A stretch of 64,000 bases of DNA, from positions 104,162,001 to 104,226,000 of the forward strand of contig NC_087437.1 of the NCBI RefSeq assembly GCF_036321535.1, in the 5' to 3' direction. The DNA comes from Camelus dromedarius. Lineage: Eukaryota. Shown piece by piece: positions 50,640 through 63,572 of this stretch. The first letter of the stretch is position 1, and each line of letters opens with the position of its first letter. A program made the position numbers and the translations under genes. Below the pieces are notes generated by a model. It was not told the origin of the DNA. It did not search any database and saw nothing but the letters and a program-made list of their open reading frames with translations.

Positions 50640-51130
50640 TCTCTTGACAGTAAACATGAGATTTCTGGCTCAAAAGCAGGCCAATTATTTGCTTGCATAA
50701 GCTCTCAGAGACAGACAGTTCCACACACTCCGATTTCCTCCTGGGAGGACATAGTGTGATTCAAGTGTCGCCTGTACGTGCAGAATGTGGGTTTGCCCTG
50801 TGGTAGAGAAACTCTGAAATTGTAAATCTCAAAGCTTATTTAGGGTAAACTTGCACAACTTCCCTCATCCCCTCAGGAGGAAAGAGAACTTATCTTTCTA
50901 AGATAAACAAATCCTTTCTGTGGATAAGCGGTGAAGATCTCTAAACTCATTACCATTTGAACTGTAAACTTGTGGCTTTAGGGGAGATAAAACTGTGAAC
51001 CACTGCATAGAAGGACATAATCTCTAATGTCTAAGTTACTTACTCATCTGTTGGTGGCCAGAGATTTTTGCTCAGAAAGTTAAGACCATAAAGAAACATA
51101 AAAATAGTCGTGGAACATTGCTTCCTGGCA
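50640..51130 (-). mobile_element. ERVL-class LTR (MER68/MER77/LTR52-like)
   Basis: Reverse strand starts tgccaggaagcaatgttccacga...atggtcttaactttctgagcaa; left boundary approximate. Confidence 0.6.
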
Positions 51131-51159
51131 TTGCTTTTAATGCATGAAAGAGGAACATT

Positions 51160-53210
51160 GCCCTAACATTATCCACACAAAATAAGCAACTAGAAAAATT
51201 AGCAAAATATAGAAAATGTATCTTTGATCTTGAACAAAAGTCAGCAGGTAGAGAAAGGAATCAAATCGTGTGACTCCTACCATCACCAGGGCCTTCGGGC
51301 TGGATGTGGTGTGCGGACTCCAGCCCAGGAAGGGAGGAGGCGGAACAGGGCCCAGCAATTTCACTCAGTTGATGAAACAAGTAAAAGATCTGAAGAGGCT
51401 AAAGGAACTATAACTTGTGGAGGAGAGCTGCTTGGATGACGCCATTCGCAGGGAGGAATTCCGGAAATACAAATAAATCCCCTTGAAGCGTTTTTAGTTG
51501 AATACCTCTGTGAGTATGCACAGTGAGGCCTGGACAGAACATCTTCCAGGGAGAGAACAAGTCAAAAACTTATTAGGGCCCTTCAAGTCACAAAAGGATG
51601 ATCAGTAGAGAAAGACGCATTTTAAATCCATAGGTGATTTATCAGAGGTTCCCACACAGCCATACCTAAGAAGTGTGGTTAGTTAACTTGAAGGCAAAAG
51701 CTGTTCTAAACCTCCTCTAGGAGAGCTTACAAATATGAGCTTAAGGGTTCAAAATGATCTTCAAGTAATTTATCAGAATATATTTCAATATTCATTGAAA
51801 GAATATGACAAAATCCAGCACTCAACATGGTACAGTTCACAACATCTGAAACCCAAAACAAATAAACAAACAGAGAAACATTACACGTAATCAAGAGGGG
51901 AAAAAAGTCATTAGCCACGTAAACAGAAGTGATTAAAAAAAAAGGAACAGATGAGTATGTTAAAACATCTGTTAAATAAATGCTATATATATGCATACAC
52001 ATTCACCCAATATGCAAAATAAAACACAAATATGATGAAAAGAGAAAAGTAGGATATAAGAAAGTTCCAAATATAACTTCTGGAAGTAAAGAATACACTT
52101 GAAATCAAAGAGCACTTCAGGAACTATTGAAGAAAATATTTACTCAATAGAAAACATAAAAACAGAAAATATCTAAGATGAAGCACAAGAGAAAGGGAGG
52201 AAAATAAGGCTGAAAAACTAGCCAGGCCCTCTGTGACATGTGGGACAGTATCAAGGAATCAAACATACGTATTAGTTGAGTACAAGAAAGAGAAGGGGAT
52301 ACACAAAATAGTGAAGCAAGAAACAATGAACATTTTTTCAAATTTGATGAAAAGTCTAAACACACAGAGCCCAGAATCTCAACAAACCCAGACCAGGATA
52401 AACAGGTAGAACACCACGCCAAAGCAGACAAAATCAAATTACTCAAAGCCAATGCTAAAAAGAAAGTTTCAAAATGGCCAGAGGTAAAAATACGCATTAG
52501 ATCCAGAGAAATAAATGTCAGAATGAAAGCACGCTTCTTATCTGAAATGATGCAGGCAGAAAGAGAATGAACCGACCCTTTTGTGATGGACAAAGAAAAC
52601 CACTGTCAACTTCTACCTTTGTACCCAGACAAAATATGTTTCAAAAATATAAGCAGTAAAAATTTCAAACAGATAAAACACAGATTGGCAGCAGACCCCT
52701 ATTCTCCACATTAGCACCAAGTACCATTAATCATGAGTGACAGGTCACGTTCCCCTACCGGTGGGAATGCGACAAGGATGTCTGTTCTGTTTAGCATTGT
52801 ACTGGATGTCTCAGCCAGTGCCATGGAACAAGAAAAAGAGGTCAAGGAGAAGAAGATTGAAAAGAAACTGAACTGCCTTCGTCTGCAGATAGCAGGATTA
52901 TTTACATTTTAAAAATCCAGTAAAAATTCCAAAAACACTACTAGAACTAATATTATTAATATTTTGCAAAATAAAGGTCAATAATTCACATCAATTATAT
53001 TTCCATAGTTCAGCAGCAAAGGATTGAAAAATTTAAAATTTAAAAGTGTATATTAATTATGATTGCAACCAGAAACATGAAACACGTAGAGGTAAAATTA
53101 ATAAGGCATTTTAACTAAAATATAAACTTTTAATAAAGCACTGATGAGATAAATTAAAACACACAAAGTGGAATGGTGGTTGTCAAGGACTGGAGGAGAG
53201 GGAAAGGAAA
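51160..53210 (+). mobile_element. Old L1: 5' region and ORF1 remnant joined to an RT fragment and a short 3' UTR piece
   Basis: ORF1-like ctgtgacatgtgggacagtatcaag (DMWDSIK) at about 52230; RT-like gcgacaaggatgt...ttgtactggatgtc...caagaaaaagagg at 52770-52840; aaagtggaatggtggttgtcaagg at 53165. Confidence 0.75.
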
Positions 53211-55710
53211 GAAGGAAGGAAGGAAGAAAAAAAGAAAAAGAAAGAAGAGACATGGAGAGAAAGAGGGTTTATATCATTAAGTTTGATGAGTGTTACTAAA
53301 GAAGTAAAAGAATATATATATATAATTTATGTCAACTAATGCAAAATCAGATTTAATTGAAATTTTTCTAATGTAAGTAAGAATGGGAACTGTTATTTTC
53401 TCTGTGTCTTTCAGCTTTCATCTCTTCTTGTAGACACAAAAATTCAAATTTTGTGCACCTCACTTGAGCTGTGGCCTTCTTCCCAGGACTTCTAGGGGAG
53501 CGACAGAAAGCTATATAATTTGAGAATCTTGTATTACAAATATAATAAAAGGATAATTATTAGAATTTTGATCCATGCCTTATAACCAAAAGTTCCAAGC
53601 TTTATAGCCAAAAGGAGTGCGATAAGAAGTCCTTCATGAATGATTAAAAAGAAGACTGAAACACAGTGATAAAAATATCTAAACGGCTTCTATGTGTAAT
53701 GAATTTAATAGAGTCAGATGAATTGGATGCATTTTGTATTTCCGATTTGTTATATGCTACACTGATTAAAATTCTAATATTTTGGGGTAATATAAAATGC
53801 ATATTGGTATTGGTAATGATCTGAAGAAACGCATTGTTTCTTACGCAGTAATCATTAAATGAATATGCATATACACTTGGTTTATTATAGGAGAATTTTC
53901 AGTATCACTACAGTTATTCAGTTAAGGTTTTTGTTCAGTACTTTATTACGTCAATTAATGTGGAGGCAAATTCCCCAGTATGTAATTCCCAGCATAGCCA
54001 GTCCCTACTCACAGCTCCTGAGGTCCCGAGAGGCCTGACGAGTTGTCCCAATGATCACGTAGGTCATGCTTCCCACGTGTATATGATTATGTTCACAGGA
54101 AAAGACTTTATGACTCTTTCTACAACAGTGCTCAATGGTTTATTATTTATAAGTTAAATTTGTTGTATATTAAATAAATGGCATTAAACTCTTGAAACTT
54201 ACATTTTTTACTTGACCTATTTTCATCATGAATAATACCTATTTGTAGGCATTTTTGTCAAAGTACAATTGTAATATATTGTATATATTGTTAATCTTTT
54301 AAACAAGTTTTCATGTTTAACGTAAATAAATTAGTATAGACTCACAAATGTATCTCCATTCCAACTCTGCAGAAATATGTATTATTTTGCTTTTTATTTT
54401 TTAAGATAAAAATATAACTAAAATAGGTTATAGAGTATACATATAAATATATAGAAATCTTTATAGAATAAGAGAGACTATGATGTTTTCTTATACAATG
54501 AGCCCATAATCTAAAAATATTCGGGGGTTTTGAATAGAACATATCATTGTTTTTTCCATGTGAATTAATAGTCTATACATTTTCATGTGAATTAATATAG
54601 AAATATGTTCAGTGGTTAGTTTTCCATTTCATGGAAATTCCATTAATGGAAATCATTAATGATTTTTAAAATTCCACACTGTTGTATATACGGCAGCATC
54701 AAATTCTTCACTACTATGGACAATGCTGGATGAACATCTTTACAGTTAAATTGTTGCACACTTTCACAACTATACAATGGAATACATGTTGAGAAACCTG
54801 ACTCCATGTCAATCCTTATCTTTATTGCAAAGTATTTTAAAATAGCCCCCCCTTAGAAATGTTATCCCAACTTCAACCTGTGGCAATATCATTTGAAATG
54901 TCCAAATATCCTATTTCTTTATAACACTTCATAAGAAAGTCATCTTATTTGGCTGATAAATCTAGCAATTGCAAGAAATACTATTTTCAAGCAAATGTCT
55001 ATATATGCTGAAATATGCATTATTTTCCATTGGATCCATTTCTATAAATATAGAAAACATCGAGAACAGCACACAATTAATCTTGCCTTTTTTATAAGAG
55101 CTATAATAGATTATTTGGGGAAAAGAGCCAAGGAGAATAAGTGATTAATCACTCAGTGACATCACCTTTGAAACAATGAATTATTTTTAACTGACTTTTC
55201 TACTCTCCTGGGAGTACTGAAGTACTGAATACCTTCTTATTAAGAAGAGTATCTCCAATAAAACAAAGCTATTCATATATTTTGGATGAAGAGATTTTTT
55301 TTCCTCTAAAATAAAACTTAAATATCTAAAATGTTGACTGGAACAAAGTAGATAATATTTTAAAATATAATGTTGAAAGTACCTAAGTTTCTGTTTATAA
55401 ATTAGGAAACACATTATGTATCTACATATCTACATAAATCTCTATATATCTAGATAGCTGTATTATCTGAAGAATAAAATCCTGAATAATAAAATCGTTG
55501 TATTATGGTTTCTTACATTCTCATAATCAGGAAACATAAAATAGAAAATTTTAAAAATCTTATAGGAAAACTCCCAATAAAAAATGAGATAACACAGATA
55601 TATAACAGTACTAAACATGTTTTTACAAGTAAACTATTTTTATTTTTTTCAAGTAAAAATTTAAAAGAGAAATTGAAATAGTGACTATTGTTGTGAAATA
55701 AGAAAGTCTA

Positions 55711-55729
55711 TACTGCCACCTAGTGGTTA
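55711..55729 (-). promoter_or_regulatory. CTCF-binding motif (predicted)
   Basis: Reverse complement TAACCACTAGGTGGCAGTA matches the CTCF core CCASYAGRKGGCRS exactly; occupancy untested. Confidence 0.6.
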
Positions 55730-56729
55730 ATGGGGTTACTCAAGGGTAATATTTCACCTGCATGTTTTCTTAGAAACTGTAGTTCAAGGGAGGCTGGTGG
55801 CTGGACATCTTACAATTAAACAACTTTACTAAATATGTATCAAAAATTACTTGATTATTAAACATATTATTAATCATTTTATGTGTTATTGCTTTCATGT
55901 AAGTTTGAGCACTTTTATAACAAAGACATTGATGGTGAAGAGGGAAGACACGGCTGTACAAAATAATAAAATAATATCTCAGTATCTTAATAACTTATGA
56001 AGCCAGGGAAGAAGAAAATGGGTACTTCTGTGTAGCATGTAGTGACTAATTTTTAGAGGCCATTAAATTTACAAATGCTACAATTAGACGATCTATTACT
56101 TGGAGTAAAACAAATGTTTTACATACTGGTGGAAACTGAAGATAGCCAGATTATAATAATAATCAAATTGAACAATAAAGAGTCAATGAATCCATTAAAG
56201 GAAAATATTTTAAAGACAATTAAGGACAAAATATTTGAGGACAAAAACAAGTAGGAAAATGCTTTCGAGGAAGTAAATTTGTATCTATATTGAGTTCTCT
56301 AACAAACTGTGGATCTTTTCACCTTTTCTCCTTTGCCATTGTGTGCGCTTGTGTTTGAGTGTGTGTTTATGTGTGTGCCAGTTTTCATTCTGTATTATAA
56401 TTAACATAATTTTACACAATTGTTTTATTATAGAATGTCTTCAATTCAAAATTTCTAAGTATATGTAAGTACTATATGTGAAGTGATCATCCTTTTTAAA
56501 ATCAGATTAATGATCCATGTACTAAAATTTTAATCATAATACTGCAGGCAAGGGATGATGAAGTTTTTCTGATAAAGGATCTTTTATACAAAAACTATTT
56601 TATCAAGCGTCAATATAGTAATACAAAAACTGGAATACAGAAGTCTTTGTGCTTTAGCAAACTATAGCTTTTAATCTGCACCAGGGTATTAATATAAGAA
56701 AACACGAAGTCAAAGAAATATTCATTCAC

Positions 56730-57320
56730 TTCTTCATTAATTCATCAAACACATGATGACTATATTTTAAGGGCAACCCAATATACTACAAGATGGCGAC
56801 ACTGCAGTGAAAAGTGGAATTTAACTGGCACAATCTCTGTTCTTAAGGAATTACTTCTTTTTGGAGCCCCTAGTCACACATAAGAAAAATATAAGATAAA
56901 AATGGAAAGCTTTGGACTTGGGGAAAAAAGACGATCATGAAATAGCCAGGCAACATGGATCCCATCCATCAAGAACGCACGTGAGCGCAAAGATAAGGGC
57001 TGGCCATGCTTCGGGTACTGTAAAGACAGGAGCGTAGCACAGGTTAGTGAGCCGAATTCAAGGGATAAGAACTTAATGAGAAGAAAGAAGCAGGGGCCGG
57101 AATTTGGAAGACCATACAGGCCAGATGCAAAATCTACATTTTCTTTCCAGGCTCGTTTTCAAATTTCCTGCTTTCATAAATGGTGATAAACAAAATTTGG
57201 GGGAAAAAAAATACAGAAAGAAGAGTTTATTTGAGAGGAAGAAAGAAAACAAATTCAGGGCAGACAGGTTGAGAATGAAGATGTCTCTGTAGATTATATT
57301 AAGCAAAGGGAAAAGGAATG
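56730..57320 (-). mobile_element. L2 fragment
   Basis: ttcattaattcatcaaacac...gacactgcagtgaaaag...tctctgttcttaaggaattac; gaagaccatacagg; gtttatttgagaggaag...caggttgag. Confidence 0.55.
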
Positions 57321-57499
57321 AAAAGGGTAACAGGTGATTTCACCACAGTTACTGCAGTGGCCAAACAAAAAGACCATTTTTTTCTGTTATAATTTTCACT
57401 TTAAAGAGGGTTAAGAAGTTATATAAAAAAAGAAACATTGCTGTATTAATTTCAGAGCTGCAGACCAATGAGTATAAAAAAGTATAGCTAAATAAAGCT

Positions 57500-58590
57500 A
57501 ATGTTTCAATTAAAAAGAATATAGCTGTTCCTTTACACTGGCCAGATCTGGCGGTGACCACCCTAATCCGGTGATAAAACTTATCATCGTAAGTACAGGC
57601 ACACCTGGCTTTATTGCACTTCACTTTACTGTGCTTTGCAGATAATTGTATTTTTTTTAAAAACAAATTAAAGGTTTCTTGCAACCCTCCAGGCCTGTCG
57701 GTACCATTTTTCCACCAGTATTTGCTCATATCTTGTCTCTGTGTCCCATTTCAGTGATTTTCAAAATATTTAAACGTTTTCATTATTATTCTATTCATTA
57801 AGGTGATCTGTCATCATCAGTAATATTTGCTGTTACTACTGCAACTCGCTAAAGGCTGATGAAGGCTAGCGTTTTTAGCAATATTCTAAAATTGAGGTAT
57901 ATACATTTTTTAGACATAATGCTATTTATTGTACACTTAGTAGTCTACAGTATAGTGTAAACAACTTTTATGTGCACTAGGAAACCAAAAATATATATGA
58001 TTCACTTTATTGCAATATTTGCTTTATTGCAGTGGCCTGAAGCCAATCCTGCAATGTCTCTGAGCTATGCCTTTCGTGAGACAATCTCATTTTATGTGTC
58101 TTTCAAAATGATACAAGTATAAACACACAGTATCAGTCACTTAAGTGGCATTCTTACACCCCACTCTCCACCCACTTATCCCTAAAAATGTTTATCCTGC
58201 CTGGCTAAACATTTTAGAAAATCTGCAATGAAACTGACCTGGGCATGTGGAAAGAGACTGTGTAATGTAACACAAAAATCAAAGAAACTAAACGTTGGGG
58301 TGGGAATAACGGTTTGTTCTGAATTGAAATAAATCAACAATATTATATACCAGTTGCAATACATGAATCTTGACAGATACTAATTTAAAACCAAAGAAAT
58401 TATAGGCAGCACTAAGACAACATAGAAATATAAATTTGGACTGAATATTTGATGTGTATAATTAATAAAAAAATTCTTCAAGGTGAGAATGGTACAAGAA
58501 ACTATTCTCATTGTTAGAAAATTCATGAGGAATTATTTAAAGAGGATGTGTTATGAGGACTGAAATTTACATACTGTTGGTTCAAAAAAC
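57500..58590 (+). mobile_element. L1MC4/5- or L1ME-type 3' UTR fragment interrupted by the Tigger element
   Basis: atctggcggtgaccaccctaatccggtgataaaactta before the Tigger; aatgaaactgacctgg, atgaatcttgacagat, tggactgaatatttgatg after it. Confidence 0.6.
57596..58073 (+). mobile_element. Internally deleted Tigger1 derivative (Tigger1a_Art-like)
   Basis: Both Tigger1 ends (ta|caggcacacct...tttattgcacttcacttt and gcaatgtctctgagctatgcct) joined near 57840 with no transposase. Confidence 0.9.
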
Positions 58591-59984
58591 AAGAAAGAAT
58601 TTGGGATTTCCACTTCTGGGAAGACAGAGTAGGTACATTTTAATCTAGTTTTCCCCTAAGTTTGACCGAAAACCCTGGATTTTTTTTTTTTTTATAATCT
58701 CACAGGTTGCTTGGCTCTGTTTTAATTTTTACATCTATTTTTCTTTGTGTTTCATTTGGCTAACTATTGCTATTTTCAAGTACACTAAATTTCTTCTTCA
58801 GAAGAATCACATTAACAGCAAAGAAATGCACACATTTCTGTTGGGCATAAGGTCTGTATTACAACCGAGATGCAGAGGGTTCTGCGTGTGACATTCTAGT
58901 AGACGTTGCCAGTTTTTCTAAAGTGGTTGTAACAATACACAGGCAGGCTTTGGGAGTACCACTGATGCACATCTTTTATACAACTTGATTTTTTCAGATT
59001 TCTCCAATTATTTGTTTTCAATTTTTAATATCATTCGGCTGAATATATGGCATTACCCTAGTATGTTTTATTTGCATTTTTCTGATCAAACTGAGCACCT
59101 GTTTGAGTGTTTATTGTTCTTTTGCATATGCTGTTTTGTGAAATGCCTAGTCAAGTCTTTCGCTGAATTTTATTAATGGTTCTGCCTTTTTAATTTATCT
59201 TTTGTTTATCATGGTAGCAGTTCCCTCTAATTTTGAGCTCTTTTGATAACACCCATAAATTTTAATGAACTAAATATATTTATTAATTTCTGTTTCCTTT
59301 TAATTAAGTGTTCTTTGTGTCTTTTGAAAAAGAATATTGTCCATTTAAGGTTGAGAAGATATTCTGCTATGCTATCTTCTAAAATTGTATTATTTTTAAA
59401 TTTCAGAATAAAACTTTATTCTATTCAACGAGTTTCCAAAAGTGGAAATAGTTCTTTACCTTAGTCACAGAATACTTAAATAACAGGAGATCCTTTCCAC
59501 TCACTACCTCCTCAAACTGTAGCCACGCTCTTGAATTATTACAGAACTCTCAAGTTGTAACCACTACTGTGGCTTCTAATATCAGAAATTAGTTTTGTTT
59601 GATTAATGGACTCAGTTAACACTTATGGTTTTGCATCAGGCTTCTTTTGTTCCATGACTTTACATGTCATTTAGTAAAGTCTCATTATTGTACAGAATTC
59701 TATTGTGTGGATATAAAAATTTATTTGCTATTCTACCATAGAACACTTCATTATTTTCAGATTTTTATTATTATGAACTTCGTTGCTATGAGCCTTACTG
59801 CTGATATCTTTTGGTGATGACACGTTCAAGTTCCGGTGTATTTATAAATAAGATTGGAAATGTTATAATGTGAGCATATTTTGTTCAGTATGAGCAGACA
59901 TAGTCAATTTTCCAAAGTAGGACAAATTGTTTGAAATCACCTCCAGTTGTTTGAAATCCCATCCAACTCATGGACTTTCTTTTC

Positions 59985-61510
59985 TATTTTTTTAAATCAG
60001 CTTTATTAAGGTGTCTACACATATTTAGTGTATACAATTTGATGAGTTTGGATATGTGCAACCACCCATGAAATCATCACCACAATCAAGGTAATAGATA
60101 TATTCATTACCTACAAAAGTTTCCTTGTGTCTCTATTTTTGGATTTGTTTATAATTTTTGTTTGTTTGTTTGGTCAGAACACTTACCATGAGATTTACCT
60201 ATCAACAAAATGAAAAGGCAACTTACCTAACAAGAGAAAATATTTGCAAGTTATATATCTGATAAGGGGTCAATGTCCAAAATATGTAAAGAACTCATAT
60301 AACTCAATAGCAAAACCATACAAACAAATAATCCAATTAAAAATGGGTAGAGAATATGAGCAGACTTTTTTCCCAAGGAAAACATACAGGTGGCCAACAG
60401 GTACATGAAAAGATGCTCAACATTGCTACTTATCAGGGAAATGCAAGTCAAAACCACAATAAGCTATCACCTCACACCAGCTGGAATAGCTATTATCAAA
60501 AAGACAAGAAATGAGAAGTGTTAGGAAGGATGTGGAGAAAAGGAACCCTTGTGCATTGCTGGAGGAAATGTAAATTGATGCAACTGCCATGCAAAACAGT
60601 ATGGAGATTCCTTAGAAAATTAAAAATAGAACTACTGTATTATCCTGAAATTCCACTTCTGGGTATTTAGGTTAAAAAAAAAAGAAAACACTAACTCAAA
60701 AAAGTATATGTACTCCCATGTTCATTGCAGCACTATGTAAAATAGCCAAGATATGGAAACAGCCTAAGTATACATTCACAGCTGGATGGATCAGAAAAAT
60801 ATGGTGTGTGTGTGTATACACACACACAATGGAATATTATTCAGTCATAAAAAGAATAAAATATTTCCACTTGCAACAATGTATATGAACCTTGAAGTCA
60901 CTATGCTAAGTGAAATAAGTCAGAGAAAGACATATACCATATAATCTCACTTATATGTGAAATCCAAAAAACAACAACAATAAAAAACGGGCAAACTAGC
61001 TAAGCTTATAGACAGAACAGATCGGTGGCTGCCACAGGCAAGGAGGTGGGGTAGGGGTGGTACCATGGGTGAAGGTACAAACTTCCAGTAATAAAATAAA
61101 TGTCACGGGGATAAAATGTACCACATGTATGTACAACAATAGTTAAAAATACTGTATTGCACATTTGAAAGTTGCTAAAAGAGTAGATTGAGAAGTTCTC
61201 ATCGCAAGAAAAAAACTATATCACTATACATTGTAGGGAAAAAAAAAAGATCTACCCTCACCAAATTTTTAAGTGTATAATCCAGTATTGCTGATTATAG
61301 GCACTGTGCTGGACAGCAAATCTCTAGATCTAAATCCACTTACATAACTGAAATTTTACACCAGTTGAACAATTCCCAGTTTATCCCTGCCCCTGGTCTC
61401 TAGTAACACTATTTTACTCACTTCTTCTATTACAGTCGAGCGCTGCGTGTTCCTCATATACGTGAAATCATGTAATATTTATCCTTCTTTCCCTGGCTTA
61501 TTTCACTTAG
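59985..61510 (-). mobile_element. L1MA10/L1MB-like 3' end, split by a plus-strand L1 (pieces 59985-60209 and 61248-61510)
   Basis: cagctttattaagg...gtatacaatttgatgagtttgg...agaacacttaccatgagat continues as agatctaccctc...aagtgtataatccagtattg...cagcaaatctctag. Confidence 0.85.
60201..61247 (+). mobile_element. L1MA9-like 3' fragment (ORF2 C-terminus, 3' UTR, polyA)
   Basis: gaaaatatttgcaag, catgaaaagatgctcaac, gggaaatgcaagtcaaaaccacaat, tgctaagtgaaataagtcag, gaaagttgctaaaagagtagat, then an A-run. Confidence 0.92.
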
Positions 61511-62580
61511 ACTAGTCCTTCCAATATATGTGTAGTGGTATCTCACTGTGGCCTTAAAATGCATAAAATATGATGTACAATGTAGTTGAATACCTTTTAA
61601 TATTTTTATTGGGTATTTGACTACACATTTTTGTGAAGTGATCATTAAAAGCTTTTGCCATTTGTCTATTGATTGCATGCCTCTTATTGATTTTTAAAAT
61701 ATATATATAATCGATACAAAATTTGTTTTATATGTATTAAGACTATCTTGAATAACTTAAATTTTGTTTTCATCTTGTTGTTGGCATTTTTGACAATAGT
61801 ATTGTTTTGCTTTCAGGTAAAGATCTATGACTCATCCAGAATTGATTTTTCTGTATGGCATACAGTGAGGTTGTGATTAATTTTTTCTATATAGATATCT
61901 ATTTGACCCAATATTATATGTCTAAAAGAATTATAGTTTTCAACCTGTCCTGCAGTATCACCTTTGCCATAAACTGGGTAAACATATATTTCTGGATTTC
62001 TGTTTGTACCTCTATTTCACTCTCTTATGCATTTTTTTCTCTTTGTTTCTCCTTGCCAGATAGTGCATTAGACAATGCTAGACAGGGTTAGTGGGATAAC
62101 ATTGCTCTAATTATTCTAGATTTTTAACAAGTCATGTTATTTGGTACTCCATATTCTCCAACTTTGTTTCCCTTCTTATTTAAGATTCCCTTTCTGTTAC
62201 TGATCCTTTTCATTTGCATATAAGATGCATAATTTCTGTTAAATTTTACAGCTATAACCTCCTGAGATATTGAGATTGAATTGAATATAGACAAACAATG
62301 GGTAGAAAGTGTTTTTTTACAATGTTGAATCAGTCAATCCATGGAAAAAGTGTTTCACATTTTTTGAGAATTTATTTATTCTCAGTAATGTATTCAAATT
62401 TGTACAAAATTCTTATTTTTTTTACCTTTGTATTCAATAAAGACGAATTTAAAGATTAATGCTATTGCAAGTATTGTTTTGGGAATTTCATTTTCTAAGT
62501 GCTTTTGCTAATATATGGAAATAGTTTTTATAAATCAATTTGTGTCCCACCACCTTTTTTCTATTCTCTTATTAATTCTA

Positions 62581-62738
62581 TTTTTTTTTCCTGAATTATA
62601 GTTGATTTATAATGTTGTGTCAGTTTCTGGTGTACAGCATAGTGATTCAGTTACATATATAGATACACATATATACTTTTTTAATATATACATATTATTT
62701 TTCATTATATGTTATTACAAGATATTGAATTTAGTTTC
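62581..62738 (-). mobile_element. Short 5'-truncated artiodactyl-type L1 3' end
   Basis: Poly-T then tatagttgatttataatgttgtgtcagtttctggtgtacagcatagtgattcag; 17-bp TSD with one mismatch ttctcttattaattcta 62564-62580 / ttcccttattaattcta 62739-62755. Confidence 0.9.
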
Positions 62739-63217
62739 TTCCCTTATTAATTCTAATAGTGCACCTGTAGTTTCTTTGATTGTTCTATGTATATTATTAT
62801 GTCATCTGGAAATAATGATAGTTTTATTATTTTCTGATCCCTTTAACTTTTGTTTATTTTTAGTTTTAGTTTTTTTATTGCACTAACTGGAATTTCTGAC
62901 TTGTATATGGAGATATACAAAAAATGTAGAAATAGTTATGGAAGGTAAGAATACAGATAAGCGTATGACTATAGATACCATGTGAACATAAATCAAGGGG
63001 TGTATGGCAGAGTATTAAATCAGAAATATATATTGATTTAAATGGTCAATTCTTAGAAATAGGAAGTTTGAATTTATTGCACAAAATCAACTTTTCACTG
63101 TTTTCCACTGAATATCCTACAGCAGTGATACATGTCATCATTGTGGTTTTCACTATTATTATTATTGTGGACAATTTGGATCAGGTAATTGTTGTGACAA
63201 ATGCTTTGCCACTCTCT

Positions 63218-63572
63218 TTATGGGGAATCCTCAAGACCACCATCAGGTTCAGTGATTTGCTCTAAAGACTCATAGGACTCAGGAGCGGTGATAACTCACG
63301 GTTACAGTTAATTACAGCAAAAAGATACCTATTAAAATCAGACCATCAAGCAAAAGTAGGTGGTCACCATGAATAACAATGTTAAACTCCCTGGTCATAC
63401 TGGTACAGTGCGGCCCAAGACCTCAGATGTACAAAAACACTCTTATCAAACTGATTATTTCAAGAGCTTCATTCCTAAGAGCTAGCCAAAGGCCCATCCT
63501 GAAAATAGGCCTTTTTGGGAAAGTACAGGTTTAGAGCAACCCAGCCTTGCTGAATTAACCCTCTCCTGTATG
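63218..63572 (-). mobile_element. MER21C-like ERVL LTR, internally deleted
   Basis: caagaccaccatcaggttcagtgatttgct...ggactcagg...; aaaacactcttatca...gctagccaaaggccc...ccttgctgaattaaccct. Confidence 0.8.

Larger units (their letters stand above)
58860..63060 (-). mobile_element. Old antisense L1 (L1ME/MD-type) fragments hosting younger L1 insertions
   Basis: gttgccagtttttctaaagtggttgta, ttgtgaaatgcctagtcaagtcttt, gtgtagtggtatctcactgtgg, ccagaattgattttt, caatgttgaatc. Confidence 0.75.

Noticed and set aside
52144..52593. Longest ORF (149 aa)
   Set aside because: Antisense to an A-rich L1 ORF1 remnant, where stop-poor frames are expected
56789..56800. YY1-like motif caagatggcgac
   Set aside because: Isolated match inside an L2 remnant with no promoter context
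60805..60828. 24-bp perfect palindrome tgtgtgtgtgtatacacacacaca
   Set aside because: Common dinucleotide slippage at this L1 position
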